The position numbers and the translations under genes were made by a program. This document shows positions 18,229-26,671 of a DNA stretch of 30,045 bases, one piece after another; position 1 is the stretch's first letter, and every line of letters begins with the position of its first letter. Origin of the DNA: a virus (taxonomy: Duplodnaviria > Caudoviricetes); the IMG/VR virus record IMGVR_UViG_3300027749_000372, positions 1-30,045 of that record. The stretch is one strand, 5' to 3'. Below the pieces are notes generated by a model. It was not told the origin of the DNA and searched no databases. It saw only the letters and a list, made by a program, of their open reading frames with translations.

Positions 18229-19772
18229 TACCAGAATCCTCCTTTGAGTAGATCACCTCGAGCATACTGCTGTAGGCTGAATTCTCGGCTGACCTGCTGA
18301 CGACTCTGTATAGGCAGCAGTGAAATTGTCATTTGCATGCGAGTGGGCACATAGGTAGGTTGATTTTGTCCCAGTGTAGGTGGTGGTGGTCTACAAGTTT
18401 CTGCACCTTTACTGATGCCTTGACTGTTGAATAAATTTTGCAGTCTGCCCACAGCACCTGATATAGGATCAGTGGCAGTGGTCTGTCGGTCTCTGCGTGT
18501 GAGCATGTTGGCACCGTTGATGTTGGTTGATCTGGTGCGTATGTAATCTACGTCAATTGGCAAACTGTAATTAAAACTGGTGACCACGCATGGGTGTGCG
18601 GCAAATTGATATTCACCCAGGCCGGTCAAGTACACTAGAGGAGGAGGTGCTCCACGTTGCGCATCTTGTCCGTAGAACATTTTGGTCACTGAACGAAAAA
18701 AATGTATCACTGCCAACAGGTAGTTGGCCTCTGCGGTATCTTGTGCTGTGAAAATTGCCGTCATATTTACTGCATCTGTGTAACTGCTCTTGTAAAAGTA
18801 TCCTTTGTAGTTGCTGTGGGTGAGTGCGTAGGCATCATAGTCGGCTTTGTAACTGGTTTCAATCTGCGGCATGTAGGGGAATATGACCCCACTGGTCAGG
18901 GCTAGTGGGTATAAAATTCCATTGCCTGCATCATTGTAGAGATAGTTGGCTCCTTTGGCTAGACTCAGGCGCACACGCCAATCACCGTTGTTGACTGCTT
19001 TCTTTTGTTCGGCGTAGACTTTTTGATTTTGTGCTAACTGACGGCCTACTTGTGTTTGAATTGCTGCCTCTTCATTGGCTGTGTTGATTGGTGCTGCCGG
19101 AAAAATTGGTGATCCGTCAGCATTGACTGGATTGCCTGCGGCATCAACAAATCCACCATTGCCGTTTGGGTCTGGCAGCACAGGACCAAATGACTGGCCA
19201 TCTTGTGTGTTCACGGCAGCGGCTGATCTAGTGATGTTGTTCCCAGTGGGAATCAACAAACCATTTACATCAACTGCTTGGCCATCACCGTTTACATATC
19301 CGCCAAAGCCATCATCGTATCTGTTTCCAAAACTTTCGCCATCTGCTCTGGTATTAATTGGTGCGGCACTGGTTGTGGGGGTTACCGCACCTGCATAGTA
19401 TGGCAGACCATTTTCTTCATTAATTTTGAATCCTGGTTGAAGATTACCGTTGTCGTCATATGCAGGAAATTGACTTGGATCACTTGCAGGGCTTACTGAC
19501 GTGGCAGATTTGGTAACCGTGGTTGATGTTCCTGCGGCGCCGGCACCTGTGAGTGATCCGTAATCGCTATAATTGGTTACTGCATTAGGATTGTTGGTGG
19601 TCTGATCAGGTCGGGTAGCGTTATTGAATGCGGCATCTCCGGCAAAACTTTGATTTTGTTCACCGGTGTTGTCTAGTATTTCTTGACCATAATCAGCGCC
19701 GTACTTGTTTACAGATGCAGGCACATCGCCGGCAGCATCGGTGGGTGGTCCAAAATCATAAATGTTAGCCAT
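18228..19772 (-). CDS. Baseplate tail-tube initiator (gp54/gp48-like) with about 260 aa low-complexity N-terminal extension
   Basis: C-terminal half GVIFPYMPQI...HSNY...FTAQDTAEANYLLAVIHFFRSVTKMFYG...GAPPPLVYLTGLG...CVVTSFNYSLPIDVDY...VPTRMQMTISLLP has a tube-like fold pattern. First gene of the operon; SD AAGGA. Confidence 0.72.
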   Translation of the reverse strand: MANIYDFGPPTDAAGDVPASVNKYGADYGQEILDNTGEQNQSFAGDAAFNNATRPDQTTNNPNAVTNYSDYGSLTGAGAAGTSTTVTKSATSVSPASDPSQFPAYDDNGNLQPGFKINEENGLPYYAGAVTPTTSAAPINTRADGESFGNRYDDGFGGYVNGDGQAVDVNGLLIPTGNNITRSAAAVNTQDGQSFGPVLPDPNGNGGFVDAAGNPVNADGSPIFPAAPINTANEEAAIQTQVGRQLAQNQKVYAEQKKAVNNGDWRVRLSLAKGANYLYNDAGNGILYPLALTSGVIFPYMPQIETSYKADYDAYALTHSNYKGYFYKSSYTDAVNMTAIFTAQDTAEANYLLAVIHFFRSVTKMFYGQDAQRGAPPPLVYLTGLGEYQFAAHPCVVTSFNYSLPIDVDYIRTRSTNINGANMLTRRDRQTTATDPISGAVGRLQNLFNSQGISKGAETCRPPPPTLGQNQPTYVPTRMQMTISLLPIQSRQQVSREFSLQQYARGDLLKGGFW

Positions 19773-19789
19773 AGTTTTCCTTGATCATG

Positions 19790-19795
19790 TATTTA
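19790..19795 (-). promoter_or_regulatory. T4-like late promoter motif TAAATA heading the structural operon
   Basis: Minus strand TTTTTTGGGTAAATACATGATCAAGGAAAACTATG. The same hexamer precedes gp25 and gp6. Confidence 0.7.
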
Positions 19796-19827
19796 CCCAA
19801 AAAATTAACTGGTCCGTTTATAAAAGG

Positions 19828-19855
19828 TTGACAACTAGTACAAATGTGTTACACT
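19828..19855 (+). promoter_or_regulatory. Sigma70-type promoter for the gp55-gp47 operon
   Basis: Perfect TTGACA (19828-19833), 16-nt spacer, extended -10 TGnTACACT (19847-19855); SD AAGGA at 19870-19874. Confidence 0.7.
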
Positions 19856-19885
19856 AAGTACATATTCGAAAGGAATCCCCAGTCA

Positions 19886-20779
19886 ATGACTGCTACAATC
19901 CGTGCCACACCTAAAACTAACTATCTCAACAACAGAGATATTCTCAAAGAGATTCATCTGAGCAAAAACACCTACTGTGCTTTTAGAGACCCTGTGCAGG
20001 ATCATCAGTTTGATATGATCTTGCCCAGTGTGAGCAAGATCAATCAGAAGACCATAGCCGAAGCACGACGCAACCGTGCAGATCGACTCAAGCGCGAAGG
20101 CGTCATAGTAGATCCCAAAAAGATACCCAACACAGACATTGTGTTCCGAGTCACCTGCTGGGAACACATTCCCATGGCAGCCAAAAAAATCACCAAGGCC
20201 GAAGCCAAAAAACGCCGGTTAGAAGACATCTTGGAACTGGATGATGTCACTAAAGACCCCCTAGCGGACCTGGTGGAGGAACCAATCCTGAATCCCACCC
20301 ACATGAGAGTTAACTTCCCTCCGTTCTGGCATTACCGAATTGACGATGCCAAGGTACCCTTTTTAGTGGGCAAAAGCCATTGGCGTGGCACACTGGATAC
20401 AGGCGAGTTTTCAAAAGATCATGGCAAAATGACTCGAACTCTAGCCAACATGTTTATGAAACTGTGCGAAAGATATGCTACAAGGAGTAACTGGCGTGGA
20501 TACACCTACAACGAAGAAATGCGGGGACAAGCCCTGCTACAACTGTCTCAAATCGGATTGCAATTTGATGAGTCAAAATCGCAGAACCCTTTTGCGTATT
20601 ATACTGCCGCTATCACTAATAGTTTCACTCGTATCCTGAACATCGAAAAGAAAAACCAAAACATCCGTGATGACATACTAGAAATGAACGGACTCAATCC
20701 TTCATGGACACGTCAGAACTTGGGCAAACACAGCATGGCTGCCATGTCCGGACCGGTCGTAAGTAGTCTTGATGAGTAG
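19886..20779 (+). CDS. gp55: Late-transcription sigma factor, T4 gp55-like (297 aa)
   Basis: NYLNN near the N-terminus; NWRGYTYNEEM...FDESKSQNPFAYYTAAITNSFTRILNIEKK matches the gp55 core. Canonical 55-47-46 order. Start placed at ATG 19886, after the SD; the track start at 19844 lies inside the promoter. Confidence 0.88.
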   Translation: MTATIRATPKTNYLNNRDILKEIHLSKNTYCAFRDPVQDHQFDMILPSVSKINQKTIAEARRNRADRLKREGVIVDPKKIPNTDIVFRVTCWEHIPMAAKKITKAEAKKRRLEDILELDDVTKDPLADLVEEPILNPTHMRVNFPPFWHYRIDDAKVPFLVGKSHWRGTLDTGEFSKDHGKMTRTLANMFMKLCERYATRSNWRGYTYNEEMRGQALLQLSQIGLQFDESKSQNPFAYYTAAITNSFTRILNIEKKNQNIRDDILEMNGLNPSWTRQNLGKHSMAAMSGPVVSSLDE

Positions 20780-20785
20780 TATAAT
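20780..20785 (+). promoter_or_regulatory. Possible -10 element TATAAT 6 nt upstream of the gp47 ATG
   Basis: TAG-TATAAT-AGATAG-ATG; the -35 position is poor (TCGTAA) and there is no SD in the gap. Confidence 0.4.
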
Positions 20786-20791
20786 AGATAG

Positions 20792-21808
20792 ATGACTAAC
20801 CTATTTTGTAAAGCCGCGGTGTTCACCGACATTCACTTTGGTTTGAAAAGTAACAGCACTCAACACAACGAGGACTGCTTGAATTTTGTCAAGTGGGCTA
20901 CTACCAAGGCTCGAGAAGAAGGTTGTGAAACCTGTTTGTTCTTAGGTGATTGGCACAACAATCGTGCCAGCCTAAATATTGTCACACTCAATTATAGCCT
21001 CAGGGCCCTGGAGCACATGAATGCAAATTTTGAACATGTTTTTTTCATTCCTGGTAATCACGACTTGTATTATCGCGACAAACGTGATATACAAAGCGTG
21101 GAATGGGCCCGCCATCTTCCGAATGTTACTATATGTAACGATTGGTTCAGTGATGGTGATGTCGTTATTGCACCTTGGCTTTGCGGAGATGATCACAAGC
21201 GTATTCCAAAACTGAAAGGCAAATACATGTTTGGGCACTTTGAACTGCCCGGTTATCTAATGAACGCCATGGTAGAGATGCCAGACCACGGTGAAGTGCG
21301 TAGAGAAGACTTTGGCAACTTTGAACATGTGTTCACTGGACACTTTCACAAACGCCAGACTAAGAAAAATATTACCTACATTGGCAACTGCTTTCCGCAC
21401 AACTATGCTGATGCAGGAGATGATGAACGTGGCATGATGATTTTGGAATGGGGCAAAGAACCAGAGTTTCATGCTTGGCCAGATCAGCCAAGATATCGTG
21501 TGCTGGGACTGGCCAATATTATTGACAACGCACCTGCATTGCTTGCAAAGGACATGCATGTGCGAGTGCAGTTGGACATTGAGATTAGTTACGAGGAAGC
21601 CAACTTCATCAAAGAAACTTATATCCGGAATTATGGCTTGCGAGAGATGGCATTGATACCAAACAAGAACTCCGCAGTAGATACTGACATGGCACCCGGT
21701 GAAGTCAAGTTTGAAAGTGTGGATCAGATTGTGACAGATCAAATCACCAACATTGAGTCAGAATTCTACGACAACAAATTATTACTAAAGATCTATCAAA
21801 CGCTATGA
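20792..21808 (+). CDS. gp47: Recombination endonuclease subunit, gp47/Mre11/SbcD-like metallophosphoesterase
   Basis: Phosphoesterase motifs DIHFG, GDWH, GNHD, GHF, GHFH. Confidence 0.93.
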   Translation: MTNLFCKAAVFTDIHFGLKSNSTQHNEDCLNFVKWATTKAREEGCETCLFLGDWHNNRASLNIVTLNYSLRALEHMNANFEHVFFIPGNHDLYYRDKRDIQSVEWARHLPNVTICNDWFSDGDVVIAPWLCGDDHKRIPKLKGKYMFGHFELPGYLMNAMVEMPDHGEVRREDFGNFEHVFTGHFHKRQTKKNITYIGNCFPHNYADAGDDERGMMILEWGKEPEFHAWPDQPRYRVLGLANIIDNAPALLAKDMHVRVQLDIEISYEEANFIKETYIRNYGLREMALIPNKNSAVDTDMAPGEVKFESVDQIVTDQITNIESEFYDNKLLLKIYQTL

Positions 21809-23262
21809 TTGATGCTTGTCAATACAATGTGATATGCCAGATAGACGTGGCCACACTAACCAGTGGTCCACAGCAGGCCTATGAGTTTTTTCAAAAACAT
21901 TGGGTTGCTAAGTTTGGACCCAACGATCGATTGGTTTTGTACAGTAGTCATGTCTGGCCCAATGAATTAATCACGCATTTGTACCAAGCAACTTTGTTGA
22001 TTGACATCTCTAACTGTTTTGTATTGTTGGCAGGGCCACAAATCAGTCAACAACAGGTGTTAGAGTTGTCCAATAGCGGTGTATCTTTTGACACACTGGT
22101 TGTACCTAGCATTGACTATGACACACTGACTCTGCTTGATTCTTATAAACTCAGCGATTCATTGTGTCCATTGCCTTGGACTCATTTGGAAATTAAAAAT
22201 CAAGGAAAAATTCATGCCTGTTGCGTGTCAAAAAAATCATTTGGCAATGTCAGTAATGTTGATCTTCAGGCAGCATTTGACAGTCAAGACATCAAGGATT
22301 TTAGACAACAGTTTTTGAATAATACCCGTCCGGTCGAGTGCAATACCTGTTGGCGACTAGAAGACCAGGGAATAACCAGCAATCGCACCAGGCATCTGAG
22401 ATTGCTTAAAAAAGATTTACTAACCAAGTATTTGTCAAATCCCAAAATTGTAAGTTTAGATTTAAAACCTGGAAATACTTGTAATTTTGCATGTAGAATT
22501 TGCGAGCCCGAAGCAAGTTCAAAATTTGCACAAGAGCAATCAAAATACACCGGTATCCCAGTAAAGATTTACAACTGGGCAGAAACATCTACACTGACCT
22601 TTAATAAAATAAAAACTCTACTGCCTGACATTAAGAATTTAGACTTGTACGGCGGAGAACCATTTTTGATAAAGCCGTTGACTAGTCTGATCAAGCATGC
22701 AGTTGACACAGGTGTCGCATCTCAAATCAGATTGCATTATAACAGCAACGGTAGCATTTATCCTAGTGAACTCATAAAATACTGGCCCCAATTCAAACAT
22801 GTAGACATACAATTTAGCATCGACGATGTTGGTGCAAGATTTGAGTTGGAAAGAGGCGGTCAATGGTCCGAGGTTGATCGCAACATCACACAACTAGTGC
22901 AACAAAATTTATCAAATGTCAAAATTAGCATCATGCCGGCTATCAGTATCATGAACCTATACTATCTTGATGAACTGCTGTCCTGGTGCAACAATCTTGG
23001 CCTGTCGATTAACCCATTGTATGTTTACCACCCCGATCCGTTTGCATTATCAAATTTGACCCAAGAGGCCAAAGACTTGATTGTAGGTAAATTTTATAAC
23101 AGCACCTGGCCGGAAATGCAACAGATATTGGCCATAATCCAAAAACAAATTCCGTCTAACGGCGCAGAGTTTAGAAAGTTAACCAAACATTTTGATCAAC
23201 TGCGCAATCAAGATTTTCGCAAGACTCACAAAGAGTTGGCAATTGCCATGAAAATGTTTTGA
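21805..23262 (+). CDS. Radical SAM protein with an N-terminal SPASM/twitch-like Fe-S domain and an unknown ~115 aa leader domain
   Basis: CNFACRIC (CxxxCxxC), GGEP, YNSNG and FSID core motifs. Upstream CPLPW...GKIHACC...CNTCW. Confidence 0.9.
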   Translation: MIDACQYNVICQIDVATLTSGPQQAYEFFQKHWVAKFGPNDRLVLYSSHVWPNELITHLYQATLLIDISNCFVLLAGPQISQQQVLELSNSGVSFDTLVVPSIDYDTLTLLDSYKLSDSLCPLPWTHLEIKNQGKIHACCVSKKSFGNVSNVDLQAAFDSQDIKDFRQQFLNNTRPVECNTCWRLEDQGITSNRTRHLRLLKKDLLTKYLSNPKIVSLDLKPGNTCNFACRICEPEASSKFAQEQSKYTGIPVKIYNWAETSTLTFNKIKTLLPDIKNLDLYGGEPFLIKPLTSLIKHAVDTGVASQIRLHYNSNGSIYPSELIKYWPQFKHVDIQFSIDDVGARFELERGGQWSEVDRNITQLVQQNLSNVKISIMPAISIMNLYYLDELLSWCNNLGLSINPLYVYHPDPFALSNLTQEAKDLIVGKFYNSTWPEMQQILAIIQKQIPSNGAEFRKLTKHFDQLRNQDFRKTHKELAIAMKMF

Positions 23263-23265
23263 TCA

Positions 23266-24066
23266 ATGATATACTGCGTATGGTATCCCAGTGGAGGATT
23301 TGGACATTTTGTCAATGCTGTTTTGACTTTGCACGGGGAAAATTTTGTCAGGCCAAAAAAACAATTGGTATTTTCCAGGAATGGCAATAGTCACAGTCTT
23401 GATTTGGTCACACCAAAGTATCTACATGGACACTGGACCAAGGAAATGGAATTCCAAATTGACAAAAATTATTGTGTGTTAATAGATAACGGAATTAACA
23501 ACGAATCCGAGCAGTTTAAATTGGTATTTCCTGACTCGACTGTTATCAAAATTTGCTACACAGATCACAGTTGGCCTGTTGTGGCCTATGCCATGATCAA
23601 CAAGGCCATGAATAGTACTCTCAATGAGCAACTGCCGTTAGACCATTGGAATACCACCCAATCCTGGACATTACGAGAAAAGTATTTTTTATTTTTGCGC
23701 GATCATGATCTTAGACATGCCTGGCGGCCCAACAATCACAATGCAATACACATAGAAGACTTGTATGACAACTACAACAAGTTTTTGACCACGCTAGATT
23801 CTTTTGCAAAAATAGAATGGTGTGAAAATCTATGGTCTAAATGGCGCACTGTAAATTCTAAATACATTGATCCTGTGACCACTGCCCAGAGTGTATTGGA
23901 CCACGTGACTAAAAAAAGTTTTGCTGACTTGACTCACATCACTGACATCTGGACACAGGCTGTGATATATTATTATATTTGGTTGCATTTTGGGATTGAA
24001 GTTCCGCATAACAATTTTGCTGGTTTCTTTTCTAACACCAAACAAATTGCGGAACTAGTGGCATGA
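23266..24066 (+). CDS. Hypothetical protein, possibly P-loop/sulfotransferase-like
   Basis: 266 aa, coupled to its neighbours. N-terminal strand-loop-helix CVWYPSGGFGHFVNAVL and a late IHIEDLY motif recall sulfotransferase 5'-PSB and YEDL motifs. CDS is secure; function is weak. Confidence 0.5.
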   Translation: MIYCVWYPSGGFGHFVNAVLTLHGENFVRPKKQLVFSRNGNSHSLDLVTPKYLHGHWTKEMEFQIDKNYCVLIDNGINNESEQFKLVFPDSTVIKICYTDHSWPVVAYAMINKAMNSTLNEQLPLDHWNTTQSWTLREKYFLFLRDHDLRHAWRPNNHNAIHIEDLYDNYNKFLTTLDSFAKIEWCENLWSKWRTVNSKYIDPVTTAQSVLDHVTKKSFADLTHITDIWTQAVIYYYIWLHFGIEVPHNNFAGFFSNTKQIAELVA

Positions 24067-24839
24067 AACTATTGACATTATCCGACGGCTACGGTGATAG
24101 CATTGCAGTGCCCGATTGGTATCTCAAGTATTGGAAGTGGCCAGAAATTATCAAATTGATGACCAAAGGCCTGGTACTGGACAATTGCAGTAGATACGGT
24201 GCCGGGAACGAGTTCATGATCAACCAACTAAAACAAAAAATCAACCAGATTGATGTGGCAATAATTCAATGGGCACAACCCAATAGGTTGGATCTAGTGC
24301 TTGCTCATGACAATCCTAATTTTTGGTACACTGTTATAGCCAGTGATCCAATTTACAACAACAACGTATTGGACTGCGGCTCCGATAGATTTTGGCTCAG
24401 TAGTAGTTCCAAAACTGATGCTGTAAAAGAATATCATCAACAATACATCAGTACTAAACAACATCAATTGAGATCGCAAATATATGTTGAGTATGCTAAA
24501 ATGTTGCTCGAGCAAAGAGAAATTGATTATGGTTTTATGTTGGTCGAGGATGATGAATATATCAACGTAGATGCCAACTGGCTTTGTCACGAACCTTTCA
24601 AGGGCATGAACGGCTTTAGACACAAAAGTAAATATGCCAATCTAGAGTTGGGCATCACGCAACCTACTCCATTGGTGGCGTTTGATTTTATCAAGCAGTA
24701 TATCATGCCCAACATCAATTTACCCTGGCGTGACAATAGAGATATCGATGCAGTAGAAAATATGTTGTATCGACATTACCAGGAAGCAATAAAGAATGTT
24801 TTAACAAAGGTATATCAGCAGAAGAGGCAGCAGATTTGA
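24063..24839 (+). CDS. SGNH/GDSL hydrolase-like protein with atypical catalytic motifs
   Basis: LLTLSDGYGDS...WPEII...NCSRYGAGNEFM...AIIQWAQPNRLD follows SGNH blocks I-III. Block V reads GITQPT instead of DxxHP. Confidence 0.55.
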   Translation: MKLLTLSDGYGDSIAVPDWYLKYWKWPEIIKLMTKGLVLDNCSRYGAGNEFMINQLKQKINQIDVAIIQWAQPNRLDLVLAHDNPNFWYTVIASDPIYNNNVLDCGSDRFWLSSSSKTDAVKEYHQQYISTKQHQLRSQIYVEYAKMLLEQREIDYGFMLVEDDEYINVDANWLCHEPFKGMNGFRHKSKYANLELGITQPTPLVAFDFIKQYIMPNINLPWRDNRDIDAVENMLYRHYQEAIKNVLTKVYQQKRQQI

Positions 24840-24888
24840 AGAATTTAAGAATTCTGCTGTGGAAAGATAATTTAATGAGGAACTATAG

Positions 24889-26652
24889 TTGATTAGTATA
24901 AAGAATTTGACCGTGAAGAATTTCATGAGTGTGGGTGCAGCCACTCAAGGCATTGACTTTGATCGGTCAGACCTTACTCTTGTACTGGGAGAGAATTTGG
25001 ATTTGGGCGGCGATGGTAGCCGTAATGGCACCGGCAAGACCACAATCATCAATGCATTAAGTTATGCATTGTATGGGCAAGCACTCTCAAACATCCGTAA
25101 AGACAATTTGGTAAACAAGACCAATGGCAAGAACATGTTGGTTAGTTTAGACTTCTCAGTCAACGGACAAGAATACAGAATTGAACGAGGACGTAAGCCC
25201 AATGTGCTACGTTTCTACATTAACAACGAGCATCGGGCCGCCGAAGACGAAGCCCAAGGTGACTCAAGAGAAACACAGGATGCTATTGAGCGTGTGATGA
25301 ACATGAGTCACGACATGTTCCGACATGTGCTGGCTCTAAACACTTACACAGAACCGTTCCTGAGTTTAAAAGCCAATGATCAAAGAACTATCATTGAGCA
25401 GTTGTTGGGCATTACATTGCTGAGTGAACGTGCTGATGCAATCAAAGAACTCAATCGCCAGACCAAGGATGCTATTCAGGCTGAAGAGTTTCGCATACGT
25501 GCTGTGCAAGAAGCCAACAAACGCATCGAAGAACAGATTGAAAGTCTGCGTAAACGTCAGCGGCTATGGACAGCCCGGCGTGATGAAGATGTGGGCAAAC
25601 TTGAGCAGGCTATTGCAGACCTTGAACACATTGACATTGATGCTGAAGTACAAGCACATAGAGATCTAGAAGCATTCCATGTGAAGAAAAAGTCCTTAGA
25701 TGATGCCGCTCGATACATTCGTCAAATCGACGCTGATGATGCCAAACTTAAACGACTGTTAGACAAACTCAAGACTGAAATTTCAACATTGGATGCTCAT
25801 CGGTGTCACTCATGCGGTCAAGACTTGCATGATGACAAGCAGGATGAACTAAAGCAGGCCAAACAGGCCCTGGTACAAGAAACAGCACTACAACTCTTGG
25901 CCAATGATACACAACGACAAGGGCACGAAGATACCATTGCCCAGATTGGTACATTAGGCACAGCACCCGCTGTGTTTTATGATTCACTAGAACAGGCCTT
26001 GAATCATCGCAACACCGTGGAAACACTACGCAAAGATTTGACCTCACGCCAAGCGGATGCGGATACATACGAAGAACAAATCGCCGACATGCAAGGGCAG
26101 GCACTGCAGGTTGTGTCCTACGATGCCTTGAACGAACTCACCAGAGTGCAAGACCATCAAGACTTCCTGCTCAAACTGTTGACATCAAAAGATTCATTTG
26201 TACGTAAAAAGATCATTGACCAGAACTTGAGTTACTTAAACGCCCGACTCACACACTACCTGGATCGTATTGGGTTACCGCACACCGTGAAGTTTCAAAA
26301 CGATCTCACTGTGAGCATTGAGGAACTGGGTCGCGAATTGGACTTTGACAACTTATCGCGTGGCGAACGCAACAGACTGATTCTAAGTATGAGTTGGGCG
26401 TTCCGTGACGTGTGGGAAAGCCTGTACTCACCAATCAACTTGCTGTTCATTGATGAGTTGATTGACAACGGCCTGGACACACAGGGTGTAGAGAATGCCC
26501 TGGCCTTGCTGAAAAAGATGAGTAGAGAACGCCACAAATCAATCTGGCTTGTTAGTCATCGAGACGAACTGGCCGGACGTGTGGAAAACATTCTCAAGGT
26601 AGTCAAAGAAAACGGCTTTACCAGTTACAACACAGATGTTGCAGTGCAGTAA
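24889..26652 (+). CDS. gp46: Recombination ATPase subunit, gp46/Rad50/SbcC-like
   Basis: KNFMSVG, Walker A NGTGKT, coiled coils with zinc hook CHSCG, signature LSRGE, Walker B LLFIDE, D-loop GLD and VSH. TTG start with SD GAGGA (24877-24881). Confidence 0.95.
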   Translation: MISIKNLTVKNFMSVGAATQGIDFDRSDLTLVLGENLDLGGDGSRNGTGKTTIINALSYALYGQALSNIRKDNLVNKTNGKNMLVSLDFSVNGQEYRIERGRKPNVLRFYINNEHRAAEDEAQGDSRETQDAIERVMNMSHDMFRHVLALNTYTEPFLSLKANDQRTIIEQLLGITLLSERADAIKELNRQTKDAIQAEEFRIRAVQEANKRIEEQIESLRKRQRLWTARRDEDVGKLEQAIADLEHIDIDAEVQAHRDLEAFHVKKKSLDDAARYIRQIDADDAKLKRLLDKLKTEISTLDAHRCHSCGQDLHDDKQDELKQAKQALVQETALQLLANDTQRQGHEDTIAQIGTLGTAPAVFYDSLEQALNHRNTVETLRKDLTSRQADADTYEEQIADMQGQALQVVSYDALNELTRVQDHQDFLLKLLTSKDSFVRKKIIDQNLSYLNARLTHYLDRIGLPHTVKFQNDLTVSIEELGRELDFDNLSRGERNRLILSMSWAFRDVWESLYSPINLLFIDELIDNGLDTQGVENALALLKKMSRERHKSIWLVSHRDELAGRVENILKVVKENGFTSYNTDVAVQ

Positions 26653-26659
26653 TCGGCCA

Positions 26660-26666
26660 ATAAATA
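26660..26666 (+). promoter_or_regulatory. T4-like late promoter motif ATAAATA, 5 nt before the B12-rSAM ATG
   Basis: ATAAATACCAATATG in a 19-nt intergenic gap; 14 of 15 nt identical to the gp25 leader ATAAATACCAGTATG. Confidence 0.68.
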
Positions 26667-26671
26667 CCAAT

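Noticed and set aside
11543-19499. Longer plus-strand ORFs (11543-12052, 13411-13764, 14566-14991, 17544-17957, 19075-19398)
   Set aside because: They are antisense to well-supported structural genes and explained by codon bias of Ala/Gly/Thr-rich proteins.
7792-19772. Bacterial T6SS/eCIS locus rather than a phage
   Set aside because: Adjacent gp55-gp47-gp46 and T4-like late promoter motifs indicate a lytic myovirus; no T6SS membrane-complex or ATPase genes are present.
20973-24634. Intragenic TAAATA copies at 20973, 23859 and 24629
   Set aside because: They lie deep inside coding regions, far from start codons, and are expected by chance in AT-rich DNA.
26636-26671. Track start codons at 26636, 19844 and 13188
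   Set aside because: Downstream ATGs (26672, 19886, 13170) fit the promoter, SD and overlap context better.
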